A stretch of DNA of 64,000 bases, taken from the sequence record DRR723986_1863; one strand, written 5' to 3'. Each line of letters begins with the position of its first letter. The first letter of the stretch is position 1. Below, piece after piece: positions 1 to 10,455 of the stretch. The position numbers and the translations under genes were made by a program. Under the pieces are notes generated by a model. It did not search any database and was not told the DNA's origin. It saw nothing but the letters and a program-made list of their open reading frames with translations.

Positions 1-979
1 CGCTTGGGTCGAGCATGTGTTGGTGAATGCCGGTGACCCAGCCACGCCCGGAAATTTCCGGAACAATTCCGGCCCGGTCGCCCGCCATCTGTTGTGAAAC
101 GATCCGGCCGGTGAAGGTGGACCCGATGATGGATACGGCTTCGAAGGTGTCGCCGACGTTCATTTGCCCCCTCGCCGCCATCAGCGCCATCCGGGCAGAA
201 ACGGCCGTACCCGTTGGGGAGCGGTCGACCTTGCCCGGCTGGATGGCAACAGCCGACCGTCCGGAGAGGCCAGTCGGCGTCTTCGACAGCGGGCCGCAGA
301 AGGCGCAGAAGGAGATGTGGTTCCAGTCGGCATTTTCCGGATGGGAAAAGCCGAGCTGTTCGTTGGCTGCATTGGTGATCCGGACACCCAGGCGGGCAAT
401 GTCCTTGGCCTCGTCTTCGACGATCCCGAACCCGAGCGCCTCGGCGTCGACGACCACGAAACTGTCGCCACCATAGGCGGTGTCGACCGTCAGCGTGCCG
501 ATGCCTTCCACTTCCAGCGGCACCGACAGCTTGTCGGCAAAGCTGGTGACGTTCTGGACGAAGATGCGCTCCGCCTTGCCATTCCGGCATTCGGCCTTCA
601 CCCGCACCAGTCCGCCGGGTGCTTCCAGAACCATCTCCGTGACCGGCTCGAGCATCGGAACAATACCGCCGTCAAGCAGCACCGTGGAGACACAGATGGA
701 GTTGGATCCTGACATCGGCGGCGTGTCTTCCGGCTCCATGATGATGAAGGCGGCATCCGCCTCCGGATGTTTGGGCGGGACAAGCAGGTTCACATGACGG
801 AACACACCGCCGCGCGGTTCGTTCAGCACGAAATTGCGCAGCGTCTGGTCCTTCGCAATAAAACTTCTCTGTTCCCAGAGCGTTTCGCCCGGCGGTGGAG
901 TAACGCCGCCGACGATCACGTCGCCGACCTCGCCTTCCGCGTGGCAGGAAATCACATGGATGGTCTTGCTGCTGCGCAT
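1..979 (-). CDS. Proline racemase-family protein, Ser/Thr catalytic pair, probable trans-3-hydroxy-L-proline dehydratase (3' end runs off the window)
   Basis: Not in the ORF track because it has no stop in the window. Manual translation from ATG 979: [21 protein letters not shown]...EPRGG...[11 protein letters not shown]...DRSPTGT...GRGWVTG. Ser and Thr replace the two catalytic Cys. Confidence 0.85.
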   Translation of the reverse strand, partial: MRSSKTIHVISCHAEGEVGDVIVGGVTPPPGETLWEQRSFIAKDQTLRNFVLNEPRGGVFRHVNLLVPPKHPEADAAFIIMEPEDTPPMSGSNSICVSTVLLDGGIVPMLEPVTEMVLEAPGGLVRVKAECRNGKAERIFVQNVTSFADKLSVPLEVEGIGTLTVDTAYGGDSFVVVDAEALGFGIVEDEAKDIARLGVRITNAANEQLGFSHPENADWNHISFCAFCGPLSKTPTGLSGRSAVAIQPGKVDRSPTGTAVSARMALMAARGQMNVGDTFEAVSIIGSTFTGRIVSQQMAGDRAGIVPEISGRGWVTGIHQHMLDPS

Positions 980-1004
980 GTCTCTGCCCTTGAGGTCAGC
1001 CGGT

Positions 1005-2108
1005 TCAGGAATAGCGAGCGACAGGTTCGCCCAAAGCATCGAAGATCGGCGTGATGCCGAGGCCCGGCAGCTCGGAAGCCGTCATGCGGCCATTGACACG
1101 CTTGGGTGCGCCTTCCGCGATATCGACCGTGCCGTAGCTGTTGAAGTCCGTTGCCGAGAAGGTGAAATCCGATGGGGTCGAGCGCGCCAGATGGGCGATC
1201 GCCGCCGTGACAATGTCCCCGCCCCAGGTGTCTTCGATCGTCATCGGAATACCGTGGGCAATGCAGAGATCACGCATCAGCTTGGCCTTGGTCAGGCCAC
1301 CGACCTTCGAGATCTTCAGGTTGATGCAATCCATCGCGTCTTCGGAAATGCCGCGCACCAGCGTGTTCGGCCCGTCGATCACCTCGTCCAGAACGAAGGG
1401 CAGCGCCGTCCGGCGGCGAATGGAGACGCTTTCCTCATATGTGAGGCAGGGTTGCTCGATATAGACATCAAGCGAGGACACTGCCCCGACGACGCGCGCG
1501 GCTTCATGCCGGGTCCAGCCGGTGTTGGCGTCGGCCACCAGCAGATCCGATTTCTTCAAAACTTCGCGGGTGGCGTGGATGCGGTCGATATCGTCATTGG
1601 CATCGCCGCCGACCTTCAGCTGGAACTTGGTATAGCCTTCGGCCGCATACCCCTCGATCTTCTTTGCCATGATCTCCGGCGCTTCCTGGCTGATTGCCCG
1701 GTAAAGCACCACGTCGTCCTGGGCTGCACCGCCAAGCAACGTATAAAGCGGCTGGCCCGTCGCCTTGCCCAGCAGGTCCCAGCAGGCGATGTCGATCGGC
1801 GCCTTGGCATAGGGATGACCGCGCAGCGCAGCATCCATCACCCGGTTGATTTCACCGATATTGAGCGGATCCTTCCCGATCAGGTGGGGCGCCAATTCCT
1901 GAAGGCCGGACCGCACCCCAAGGGCATAACTCGGCAGATAGGCAGACCCGAGCGGGCAGCATTCGGCATAGCCCTTGAGGCCTTCGTCGGTCTCGATCTC
2001 GACTACGGTGCTGTCGAAGACTTCCACGAAATTGCCGTTGGACCAGCTGTAACGCCCTTCTTTCAGGGGAAGGTCGACCTGAAAGACGTTGATGGCCGTA
2101 ATTTTCAT
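1005..2108 (-). CDS. cis-3-hydroxy-L-proline dehydratase (enolase superfamily, MLE subgroup)
   Basis: Q-x-K (FQLKVG) in place of the K-x-K motif, metal ligands [16 protein letters not shown]; Hyp cluster context; resembles the characterised Labrenzia enzyme (from recall). Confidence 0.85.
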   Translation of the reverse strand: MKITAINVFQVDLPLKEGRYSWSNGNFVEVFDSTVVEIETDEGLKGYAECCPLGSAYLPSYALGVRSGLQELAPHLIGKDPLNIGEINRVMDAALRGHPYAKAPIDIACWDLLGKATGQPLYTLLGGAAQDDVVLYRAISQEAPEIMAKKIEGYAAEGYTKFQLKVGGDANDDIDRIHATREVLKKSDLLVADANTGWTRHEAARVVGAVSSLDVYIEQPCLTYEESVSIRRRTALPFVLDEVIDGPNTLVRGISEDAMDCINLKISKVGGLTKAKLMRDLCIAHGIPMTIEDTWGGDIVTAAIAHLARSTPSDFTFSATDFNSYGTVDIAEGAPKRVNGRMTASELPGLGITPIFDALGEPVARYS

Positions 2109-2130
2109 GAAGTTCCTCCTCCAAAAGAGT

Positions 2131-3381
2131 TTAGAAGCGCCGCGCGGAAAAGGCGGCCATATCGACGGGGTTTTGTGTGTCGGATACGAGATTGGCGACC
2201 AGTTCCGCCGTCCCTGCGGACTGCGTCAGGCCGAGGTGACCATGCCCGAAGGCATAGACGATCCGGCGGTCACCGGGTGAGCGGTCGATGACGGGCAGGC
2301 TGTCGGGCATGGAGGGCCGGAAGCCCATCCATTTCTTGCCGCCGTCCGTTTTCAGGGCAGGCAGGAACCGCCGGGCCTTGTCCAGCAGGATGTCGGCGCG
2401 CCTGAAATTCGGCGGAAGCGTCAGCCCGCCCAATTCGACGGCCCCACCGACACGGACGCCGCCATTGATCTTGGTAACGACGAAGCCGTGACCGGAAAAG
2501 GTCAGGTGGGTTTTCAGGTCAAAGGAGCCTTCCGGCAGCGTCGTGTTGTAGCCGCGTTCGGTCTCAAGAGGGATGCGGTCGCCGATCGTCTTTGCAAGGC
2601 GGTGCGACCAGGCACCTGCGGTCACGACGACCTGTTTCGCCATCCAGGCCTTATCGGAAGCTTCGATCTGAACTCTGTCTTCACTTGGCTTCAGACCTGA
2701 TACGTCAGCGCTTTCGATCCGTCCGCCCCGCTGCAGGAAGACAGACGTCAGATGCGCCAGCCAGCGGGCGGGATCACAAGTGTTGGTCCAGTCCGGCGTG
2801 AAGGCGGCATGAGTGAAACGCCGGTCAAGACCCGGCTGAATGGCGGCTACGGCATCCGGGCTCTCAAGCAGTTCAAAGCGGATGTCATGTTGCTTGCGCA
2901 GCTCCCAGCCGGGCAGGCTGGCACGGAATTCCGCTTCGCCTTCATAAAGCTGCAGCTGCCCTTCGGCCTGGATCAGGGAGGCTGCCCCGGTGTCCGAAAC
3001 CTGCCGGGCAAGCGCCTCCTGCGCCAGCTTCATCAAGGCGGCCTGTGCCGACATCGACGCCTGGTAGCGATCCGGCCAGCTTGCCCGCCAGAACCGCAGC
3101 ATCCAGGGTGCGATCTTGAGGGCATAGGCCGGCGGAACGGAGAGCGGACCCAGCGGATCGAGCAACCATTTCGGTGCCTTGCGCATGATGCCGGGCGTTG
3201 CCAGCGGGACGATATCGGTAAAGGCGAAAGCTCCGGCGTTCATCTCCGATGCGCGCGCTGTTTCCGCCTGCCGATCCAGCACAAGCACCTGCCGCCCCCT
3301 TGCCTGCAGGGCAAGCGCGGAACTGATGCCGATGATGCCGGCGCCGATCACGATGATATCCTGGACGGTCTCGTCCGCCAT
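2131..3381 (-). CDS. FAD-dependent D-amino acid oxidoreductase, probable D-hydroxyproline dehydrogenase
   Basis: GAGIIG FAD motif, [19 protein letters not shown]-terminal DadA-family motif; ATG at 3381; cluster context. Confidence 0.8.
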   Translation of the reverse strand: MADETVQDIIVIGAGIIGISSALALQARGRQVLVLDRQAETARASEMNAGAFAFTDIVPLATPGIMRKAPKWLLDPLGPLSVPPAYALKIAPWMLRFWRASWPDRYQASMSAQAALMKLAQEALARQVSDTGAASLIQAEGQLQLYEGEAEFRASLPGWELRKQHDIRFELLESPDAVAAIQPGLDRRFTHAAFTPDWTNTCDPARWLAHLTSVFLQRGGRIESADVSGLKPSEDRVQIEASDKAWMAKQVVVTAGAWSHRLAKTIGDRIPLETERGYNTTLPEGSFDLKTHLTFSGHGFVVTKINGGVRVGGAVELGGLTLPPNFRRADILLDKARRFLPALKTDGGKKWMGFRPSMPDSLPVIDRSPGDRRIVYAFGHGHLGLTQSAGTAELVANLVSDTQNPVDMAAFSARRF

Positions 3382-3395
3382 TTTCAAAGTCTTTC

Positions 3396-3434
3396 AAAAA
3401 AGGCCTGCGAGGCAGGGCGAAGTGCCCCGCAGGC
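3396..3434 (-). terminator. Intrinsic terminator-like hairpin within the Hyp operon
   Basis: GCCTGCG(G)GGCA...TGCC(T)CGCAGGC stem followed by TTTTTT on the minus strand. Confidence 0.6.
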
Positions 3435-3458
3435 AGTTTGCTGCCCGTTGGCCACACT

Positions 3459-4889
3459 TTAGGGGAGCGTGTAGGCAGTCTTGACCGAAGTGCAGAATTC
3501 AGCGGCGTAACGGCCTTGCTCGCGCGAGCCGAAGCTGGACCCTTTGGTGCCGCCAAAAGGCACGTGATAATCGACACCTGCCGTCGGCAGATTGACCATC
3601 ACCATGCCGGCCTCGGCATTGGCCTTGAAGTGGCTGGCATGTTTCAGCGACGTGGTACAGATACCAGCGCTCAACCCGAATTCCGTATCGTTGGCGACAG
3701 CCAGCGCTTCCTCGTAATCCTTCACGCGAATAACGGATGCGACCGGGCCGAAGACCTCTTCGGTGTTGATCCGCATGGCGTTGTCGGTTTCGCTCACCAG
3801 GGCCGGCGCCATGTAGAAACCTTCCGTGTCGCGGTTGAGCCGTTCCCCGCCCTGCACCTTGCCGCCTTCCTTTGCCGCGATATCGACATAGGAAAGGTTC
3901 TGCTGCAGTTGCCGCTCATCAACCACCGGCCCCATCTGCACGCCATCTTCCAGGGCGTTGCCGACTTTCAGCGCCTGCATGCGCTCGGCAAGGACTTCGA
4001 CGAACCGGTCGTGAATGCCCTCGGTCACGACCAGCCGCGAGCTTGCGGTGCAGCGCTGACCGGTCGAGAAGAAGGCACCGTTGAGCGAAGCTTCGGCGGC
4101 GGTGGCAAGGTCGGCATCGTCCAGAACCACCATCGGGTTCTTGCCGCCCATTTCCAGCTGCACCTTCTTCAGGTGCTGACCACAGGCCGCAGCGATTCCC
4201 CGCCCTGTCGGCACCGAGCCGGTAAAGGAAATCGCCTTCACCTTCGCACTTTCCACCAGGCGCGGACCAATCTGCGAGCCACGTCCCATCACGAGGTTGA
4301 CCACGCCTTCCGGCAAGCCGGACCGGGACAGGATCTCGATGAGCGCATGCGCGCAACCCGGCACCAGCTCAGCCGGTTTCAAGATGACTGCGTTGCCGTA
4401 GCAAAGTGCCGGAGCAATCTTCCAGGCAGGGATCGCAATCGGGAAGTTCCAAGGTGTAATCAGTCCGACAACCCCGATCGGAAACCGGGTGACGTCAACT
4501 TCGATACCGGGCCTGACGGATGCCAGTCTGTCGCCAGCGAGGCGCAATGCTTCGCCGGCAAAGAATTTGAAAATCTGCCCGGCGCGCGCCACCTCGCCAA
4601 TACCTTCCGGCAGTGTCTTGCCTTCCTCACGCGAAAGCAGACGGCCTAATTCGGCCTTGCGAGCCAGAAGCTCCGTCCCGACAAAATCCAGCACATCAAA
4701 ACGCTGCTGCGGCGTCGACGCCGCCCAGCCGGGTGCCGCCTGATGCGCTGCATCGATGGCCTGGTCCAGCTGATCGACACCGGCCTTCGCCGCGTAGCCG
4801 AGGATATCGCTGATATCGGACGGGTTGACGTTGGGCGTGCTGTCGGTTGTTTCGAGCCACTGCCCGCCGACAAAATTCCTGTAATCCAT
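3459..4889 (-). CDS. Aldehyde dehydrogenase, probable alpha-ketoglutarate semialdehyde dehydrogenase
   Basis: ITPWNFP, FTGS, LEMGGKNP, GQRCTA, EEVFGP motifs; start placed at ATG 4889 (MDYRN). Confidence 0.85.
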   Translation of the reverse strand: MDYRNFVGGQWLETTDSTPNVNPSDISDILGYAAKAGVDQLDQAIDAAHQAAPGWAASTPQQRFDVLDFVGTELLARKAELGRLLSREEGKTLPEGIGEVARAGQIFKFFAGEALRLAGDRLASVRPGIEVDVTRFPIGVVGLITPWNFPIAIPAWKIAPALCYGNAVILKPAELVPGCAHALIEILSRSGLPEGVVNLVMGRGSQIGPRLVESAKVKAISFTGSVPTGRGIAAACGQHLKKVQLEMGGKNPMVVLDDADLATAAEASLNGAFFSTGQRCTASSRLVVTEGIHDRFVEVLAERMQALKVGNALEDGVQMGPVVDERQLQQNLSYVDIAAKEGGKVQGGERLNRDTEGFYMAPALVSETDNAMRINTEEVFGPVASVIRVKDYEEALAVANDTEFGLSAGICTTSLKHASHFKANAEAGMVMVNLPTAGVDYHVPFGGTKGSSFGSREQGRYAAEFCTSVKTAYTLP

Positions 4890-4908
4890 AACTGGGCTTA
4901 TCCGGGGC

Positions 4909-5841
4909 TTAAAGGCGTATCCCTGCACGGTAGGGGTCCGCCGGATTGAAAATCAGATTGGCATCGGACGTGACGAAGGCCTGTCCGGTGATGGTCGGAA
5001 TAACGCCGCCGCCCGGGCCGGGCTGGTAGCTGATCTTGTAGGTGCTGCCGATGACGCTTTCCTGCAGATAGTCCTCACCCGGTGCCAGCGCACCATCGGC
5101 GGCAAGGCAGGCCAGCTTGGCCGAACAGCCTGTTCCGCAGGGCGAGCGGTCATACGCACCACCCGGGCAAAGCACGAAGTTGCGGCTTTGCGCGGACGGG
5201 TCTTCGGCCGGGCCGAACAGCTCGATATGGTCGATCCAGGCACCGTCCTTACCGGCAACACCGGCCTTTTCCAGCGCATCGCGGATCTTCAGCGTGAGGT
5301 CGGTCAGCGGGCGGATATTGGCACCCGTCAGGGCAACCGGGCTGTTCTTGGCCAGGAAGAACCAGTTGCCGCCCCAGGCGACATCACCGGTGACCGGACC
5401 AATGCCTTCGACCTCGACCGTGACATCCTTCGCCAGCCGGTAGCTCTCGATGTTGACCACCGACACCGTGTTGGCGTCGATCAGATCGATCTCGACCACG
5501 CCCACCGGCGTTTCGAACTTGTGCCGTCCCGGCCCGATCCGGCCGAGGTGCGCCAGGGTGACACCAAGGCCGATGGTGGCGTGGCCGCACATGCCAAGGT
5601 TCTGCAGGTTGTTGAAGTAGATCACCCCGGCAACGCAATCCGGATCGGACGGCGGCACCAGCAGCGCACCGATAATGGCATCGTGACCGCGCGGTTCCAG
5701 AACGACGGAAGCGCAGAAATCGAGATGCTCGGCTTCCAGCCGGCCGGCGCGTTCCGCCAGTGTCCCCGATCCGAGATCGGGGCCACCATCGAGCACGACG
5801 CGGGTCGGTTCACCCGCGGTATGGCTGTCGATTACGCGCAT
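4909..5841 (-). CDS. lhpA: 4-hydroxyproline 2-epimerase (proline racemase family, Cys/Cys pair)
   Basis: MRVIDSHTAGEPTR, GMCGH and DRSPCGTG motifs. Confidence 0.9.
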   Translation of the reverse strand: MRVIDSHTAGEPTRVVLDGGPDLGSGTLAERAGRLEAEHLDFCASVVLEPRGHDAIIGALLVPPSDPDCVAGVIYFNNLQNLGMCGHATIGLGVTLAHLGRIGPGRHKFETPVGVVEIDLIDANTVSVVNIESYRLAKDVTVEVEGIGPVTGDVAWGGNWFFLAKNSPVALTGANIRPLTDLTLKIRDALEKAGVAGKDGAWIDHIELFGPAEDPSAQSRNFVLCPGGAYDRSPCGTGCSAKLACLAADGALAPGEDYLQESVIGSTYKISYQPGPGGGVIPTITGQAFVTSDANLIFNPADPYRAGIRL

Positions 5842-6794
5842 TCGGCGATCACGCCGCCTTGCGTGCTCCAGTCGGCGTACCAGGTCTTGAACAGCTTGTA
5901 CTGCGCTTCGACATAGTTGCGCTGCGCATCGTTGAGGGCATCGGTCTCGTTGAAGTGCAGCGTGTATTCGGTGTCGCCGTTCAACACCATCAGGTGCTTG
6001 TAGTAGAGCACCAGGTCCGGGCCTTCATCGAAACTGGACAGAACAGCCAGCGCCTCTTCCAGTTCCTTTGCCCGCAGGCGCGCTTCCGCATGGCCTTCTG
6101 CGGCCTTCTTGCAAAGCGCCACCAGATGCAGGACTTCCTTGGGAATGGCATTGCCGATACCGGTGATCGCACCGGTCGCACCACAGTTGATGAAGCCGTG
6201 ATAGACAGCGGTGTCGACACCGACCATCAGCGTCACCTGGTCGTCCTGCGAGGTGATGTTTTCAGCCGCATAGCGCAGGTCTGCAAGGCCACCGAATTCC
6301 TTGAAGCCGATCAGGTTCGGGAATTCCCGGCGCAGGTCGAAGAACAGGTCGGCGCGGGTGGCGAAACCGTAATAGGGGCTGTTGTAGATCACCGCCGGCA
6401 GGTTCGGAGCCGCTTTCAGGATATCGCTGAAATGGTTGCGCTGCGCCGACACGGAGATGCCGCGAGACAGAACGCGCGGGATGACCATGAGACCATGTGC
6501 GCCAACCTTTGCCGCATGGGCGGCATGGGCAACGGCGGATTTGGTGTTGACCGCACCGGTTCCAACGACCACCGGTACACCTGCCTTCACCAGACGCTCG
6601 ACGCCTTCCATGCGCTGCTCGTCCGTCAGGAGAGGCCAGTCGCCCATGGAGCCGCAATAGACGACGGCGGACATGCCGGCTTCGATCAGTTCCTTGCCCT
6701 TCTTCACGAGGGCATCGAAATCGGGCGAACGGTCGGCCTTGCACGGGGTCATCAGGGCAGGCATGCAGCCGGAAAAGATATTGGACGTCATCAT
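5832..6794 (-). CDS. lhpC: DapA-family protein, probable delta1-pyrroline-4-hydroxy-2-carboxylate deaminase
   Basis: GCMPALMTP, GSMGDW, IYNSP, GFKEFGG Schiff-base lysine; overlaps the epimerase start. Confidence 0.85.
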   Translation of the reverse strand: MMTSNIFSGCMPALMTPCKADRSPDFDALVKKGKELIEAGMSAVVYCGSMGDWPLLTDEQRMEGVERLVKAGVPVVVGTGAVNTKSAVAHAAHAAKVGAHGLMVIPRVLSRGISVSAQRNHFSDILKAAPNLPAVIYNSPYYGFATRADLFFDLRREFPNLIGFKEFGGLADLRYAAENITSQDDQVTLMVGVDTAVYHGFINCGATGAITGIGNAIPKEVLHLVALCKKAAEGHAEARLRAKELEEALAVLSSFDEGPDLVLYYKHLMVLNGDTEYTLHFNETDALNDAQRNYVEAQYKLFKTWYADWSTQGGVIAECA

Positions 6795-6883
6795 TCACTC
6801 CTGGATGGGTCGGGCCTGTCGGTTGGCTCCCACGTGCGAAGCACGGGCCTTGAGGCCTGACGGTAAGGTCTAGTTGCGCCGGG

Positions 6884-7606
6884 TCAGCGCACGTTAGCAA
6901 GAAATTTTCGGGTGTTCTCGGATTCAGCTTGACCGAAGATCTGGGCCGGAGGGCCGATCTCCTCCATTACGCCCTTGTGGAAGAAGGCGACCCGGTCGGA
7001 GACGTCCCGGGCAAAGCCCATTTCGTGGGTAACGCAGATCATCGTCATGCCTTCCTCGGCCAGCAGGCGCATCGTATCCAGCACTTCGCCGACCAGCTCC
7101 GGATCGAGAGCGGATGTCGCCTCGTCGAAGAGCATGTAGGTTGGCTCCATGGCCAGTGCCCGCGCAATCGCGAGACGCTGCTGCTGCCCGCCCGACAGAT
7201 TGTTCGGATACACTTTCAGCTTGTCCGCAAGTCCGACATGGCGAAGCTGCTTTTCCGCAATCGCCTCGGCTTCCGCTTTCGATTTGCCTTTCACGATCCT
7301 CGGCGCCAGCGCAACATTTTCCAACGCGGTCAGATGCGGAAAGCTGTTCCATTGCTGGAACACCATGCCGAGCTTCTGGCGCAGCTTGTTGATGTCCGTC
7401 GCCTTGGCGTGAACGTCGGTGCCGTCGACCACCACCGATCCCTTCTGGATCGGCTCCAGGCCGTTGATGCAATAAAGCAGTGTCGACTTGCCCGACCCGG
7501 ACGCGCCGATGACGGAAAGCACTTCGCCCTTTTCGACATCAAGGTCGATACCCTTGAGCACTTGAAGAGCGCCGAAATATTTCTCAAGGCCGCGTATCTC
7601 GATCAT
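6884..7606 (-). CDS. Polar amino acid ABC transporter ATP-binding protein
   Basis: GASGSGKST, LSGGQQQR, LFDEATSALD; ATG 7606 overlaps the permease stop (ATGA). Confidence 0.92.
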   Translation of the reverse strand: MIEIRGLEKYFGALQVLKGIDLDVEKGEVLSVIGASGSGKSTLLYCINGLEPIQKGSVVVDGTDVHAKATDINKLRQKLGMVFQQWNSFPHLTALENVALAPRIVKGKSKAEAEAIAEKQLRHVGLADKLKVYPNNLSGGQQQRLAIARALAMEPTYMLFDEATSALDPELVGEVLDTMRLLAEEGMTMICVTHEMGFARDVSDRVAFFHKGVMEEIGPPAQIFGQAESENTRKFLANVR

Positions 7607-8265
7607 TGGGCCCACCTTTTTTCCAGTTTTGCGGCATAGCGCGAGATCGGGAAGGACAGCGCGAAGTAGAACGCGCCGGCGAGGGAGAGGATCAGGAAGG
7701 GTTCCTGTGTCCGCGTGATCAGGATCTGGCTGGCCTTGAGCAGCTCGACATAGCCGAGCACGGACACCAGCGCGGAATCCTTCATGACGCCGAGCGCAAC
7801 ACCGACCCAGGCCGGAAAGACCGCCCGCCCGCCGATGGGCAACACCACGTAGCGCATATCCTGCCAGTAGCTGAGCCCCAGCGAACGCGCCGCCCGGCGC
7901 ATCGGCTTGCCGACAGCCTCGATGCCGCCGCGGGCGACGTTGGCTACCAGAGAAGCGGTGTAGGCGGTCAGGATCACCACGCCCGACGCAAACGGATCGA
8001 AATCCAGACCGACGATGGGCGCAAAATTGTAAAACAGCACTAGCTGGATAATCAGCGGCACGGAGCGGAACACATCCAGCACCGGCCCCAGCAGCAGTGT
8101 CGCCGCCAGCCGGCCCTCGTAAAGCATCCAGCCGAACAGACCGCCGAGCACGGTCCCGATGGTAATCGAAACAGCCGAGATCCAGAGGGTCCGGAGTGCA
8201 GCTTCACCGAGGAACCAGAAATCGTGAATGTTGAAGCCTGAAAAGAAGCTGATGGATTCTTTCAT
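7603..8265 (-). CDS. Amino acid ABC transporter permease
   Basis: HisM-type hydrophobic profile, RSVPLIIQL, AARSLGLS (EAA loop). Confidence 0.9.
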   Translation of the reverse strand: MKESISFFSGFNIHDFWFLGEAALRTLWISAVSITIGTVLGGLFGWMLYEGRLAATLLLGPVLDVFRSVPLIIQLVLFYNFAPIVGLDFDPFASGVVILTAYTASLVANVARGGIEAVGKPMRRAARSLGLSYWQDMRYVVLPIGGRAVFPAWVGVALGVMKDSALVSVLGYVELLKASQILITRTQEPFLILSLAGAFYFALSFPISRYAAKLEKRWAQ

Positions 8266-8274
8266 GTCAGCCCC

Positions 8275-8937
8275 TCAGTACCGGAACAGGCGCATGGCAA
8301 GGAGCCGGGACGCCGCCAGGATGAATTTGACGATCACGTAGTAGATGACGGCCGTGACTGCGAAATATTCGAAGATGCGGAAGGTACGGCTGGCAAAGAA
8401 CTGGGTCTCGCCTGACAGTTCGCGGAACCCGACCAGCATGCCGAGTGAAGACATCAACACCGCCCAGACCATCTGGTTGGTGACCGGGTGATAGACGATG
8501 CGAAAAACCTGCGGGATGACGATGCGGGTATAGGCCTGCCAGGAGGTCATTCCCAACGACCGTGCCGCCCGCAGCTGAGTCTCGGGCACAGCCTGAAAGC
8601 CGCCGCGAAAATTCTCCGCCAGATAGCCGGCACAGTTGAAGCTGAGCCCGGCAAGTACGATGAAAAACGGCGTCAGGTGAATGCCGAAGGCGCCGAGCCC
8701 GAAGCCGAAGAAGAACAGCTGGAACAGCGCTGGCGTATTGCGCGCCAGCTCCACCCACGTTGTCGCAAGCCAGTAGAGCGGCCCCTTCAGCTTCAGCCGG
8801 ATCAGCGCCAGCGCAAGACCGACCGCGATGCCGATCACCATCGACAGGGTCGCGACTTCAAGCGTCAGCAACCCGGCCTCCAGCAGATCGGGCAGGCTTT
8901 TCAGCACCGGCCGCCAATGGAAATTATAGTCGAACAT
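8275..8937 (-). CDS. Amino acid ABC transporter permease
   Basis: RNTPALFQL, AENFRGG, AARSLGMT. Confidence 0.9.
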   Translation of the reverse strand: MFDYNFHWRPVLKSLPDLLEAGLLTLEVATLSMVIGIAVGLALALIRLKLKGPLYWLATTWVELARNTPALFQLFFFGFGLGAFGIHLTPFFIVLAGLSFNCAGYLAENFRGGFQAVPETQLRAARSLGMTSWQAYTRIVIPQVFRIVYHPVTNQMVWAVLMSSLGMLVGFRELSGETQFFASRTFRIFEYFAVTAVIYYVIVKFILAASRLLAMRLFRY

Positions 8938-9038
8938 TTGTTACGAATTGCTCCGGCTATCCCGCCTTATCGGGGCAAGGCATACGCATTCGTGAGATCC
9001 CGTCAGACAAGAGCACTGCCGAGGTTGGTATTCCGGGT

Positions 9039-9187
9039 GTCACCCCGGAAAGCGCGGCGCAGATCCGGGGTCTACTCTTGGTGAAACTTGCTGAAGCCGC
9101 GGATCTCTTCGCCGAGGATCAGCACACGCTTCAAACTTTCCGGGGGTGAGTGAGCCCCGGGTCTCCCTTCGGTCGCCCGGGGTGGCA
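9039..9187. repeat. REP/REPIN-like composite palindromic element
   Basis: GTCACCCCGG..CCGGGGTCTACTC, about 70-nt spacer, GAGTGAGCCCCGG..CCGGGGTGGC: two inverted hairpin units. Confidence 0.7.
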
Positions 9188-9261
9188 CTGTATTTGTCGC
9201 AAGTTGCAGGTGACCCCGCGTTCCTCCGAGGAGGATAGGATCACCCGTCACGGCATCACCC

Positions 9262-10062
9262 TCAGTACATCACGCCCGGGATACGCAGTTCGGGAGCTTC
9301 GCCACCGACATATTTGCCCCACAGCTCGGCATAGCGGCCGGAGCGAACCTGGTGGGTGACGAAGAGGTTGAGAAAGTTCAGCCAGGTCACGTCTTCGCGC
9401 TTGGCGACAACGGAAGTGTAATCCGTGGTCCAAGGCATGCGCGGGCCGGGCTCCAGCGTTTCATACTGGTCGGTGACCGGCTTGACGGCGGTGTTGGTGG
9501 TCAGGCCGATATCGGCCTTGCCCTGGGCAACAGCAAGAAACACTTCGTTTTCGGACTGATAACCCTGGTAGAGATGTTCTTCACCCCATTCGGCCGCAAT
9601 CTTGAGCCACTCCTGCTCCGGCACGGTACCGATAGCAGCAGCAACGCGCTTGCCGCGGATATCTTCAAATGCGTTGATCCCGCTTTCCGTGTTGACGACG
9701 CCCTGCGCGTAATAGATCGCGTAGGGAATGGTGAAACCGACGGTACGGGCACGGGCGAGACTGTCGGAAGTTGCGCCGAACACCACATCCGCGCGGCCGG
9801 TCACGATCACCGGCAGGCGCTCGGCCCAGGTTACCGGATAGATGATCGGCTCGACTTCAAGCGCTGCGGCGAGGTCATTGCAATATTCCACATCGAAACC
9901 GGCCGGCTCGTTGTTCTCGTCCCGATAGCCGATTGGCGGAAAGTCCAGCACGACGCCGCATTTCAGCTGACCGCGATCGACAACATCGTCCAGCGTGTCG
10001 GCTTTGACCGGCAGCGCGGCGGCGAATGAAAGGGCTGCGGCAGCCACAAATTTCCTGATCAT
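9262..10062 (-). CDS. Amino acid ABC transporter substrate-binding protein (probably hydroxyproline)
   Basis: Signal peptide MIRKFVAAAALSFAAALPVKA, SBP_bac_3 motifs (GFDVE, GRADV); RBS GAGGGG before ATG 10062. Confidence 0.88.
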   Translation of the reverse strand: MIRKFVAAAALSFAAALPVKADTLDDVVDRGQLKCGVVLDFPPIGYRDENNEPAGFDVEYCNDLAAALEVEPIIYPVTWAERLPVIVTGRADVVFGATSDSLARARTVGFTIPYAIYYAQGVVNTESGINAFEDIRGKRVAAAIGTVPEQEWLKIAAEWGEEHLYQGYQSENEVFLAVAQGKADIGLTTNTAVKPVTDQYETLEPGPRMPWTTDYTSVVAKREDVTWLNFLNLFVTHQVRSGRYAELWGKYVGGEAPELRIPGVMY

Positions 10063-10358
10063 GAGTTCCCCTCTTCCTTCTGAAGCATTCTGGCCCCAGC
10101 GCTTGCACGCGCCGGGTTTTTTCTTGCCCGGCCGGCAGGTTTCCCGCTCGATCCGGACCAGGTCTTTGCCCGACAGCCTCCCGAGCTGTCGGGTATTCCG
10201 GCTCATCCGCCGGACGGCAGATGCCCGTCCCGTCGGTCTTCGCTCTTCGTGCGCCGGGCCTTCCGACCCACGGCGCACCGCCCCAGGACCTCGCAGCACC
10301 AGCTGTTCCATCAACTGCTGCCTGCTGCGTTCCCTTGGGCCCGAGATTGATAAAGCAG

Positions 10359-10370
10359 ATTGGATCCAAT
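10359..10370. promoter_or_regulatory. Probable GntR/FadR operator ATTGGATCCAAT
   Basis: Perfect 12-bp palindrome in the AT-rich spacer between the divergent Hyp operon and GntR; adjacent AATATTCAA direct repeats. Confidence 0.65.
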
Positions 10371-10455
10371 ATTCAATATAAAATATTCAAAATCATTTTC
10401 GCTTCACCAATCAAGGGCGATCCCGTAAAAGGTGGCTTCAGGGAGAATTGGTCCT

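Noticed and set aside
834-2291. 485-aa plus-strand ORF and many similar long overlapping ORFs (e.g. 3438-4649, 19460-20605, 21738-22937, 54208-55317)
   Set aside because: Antisense shadows of well-supported genes in GC-rich DNA, with no motifs of their own
9262-10314. Extended N-termini in the ORF track (also 29180, 30049, 31166, 43332, 51815, 55506, 58021)
   Set aside because: Downstream starts have better RBS, signal peptide or operon overlap support
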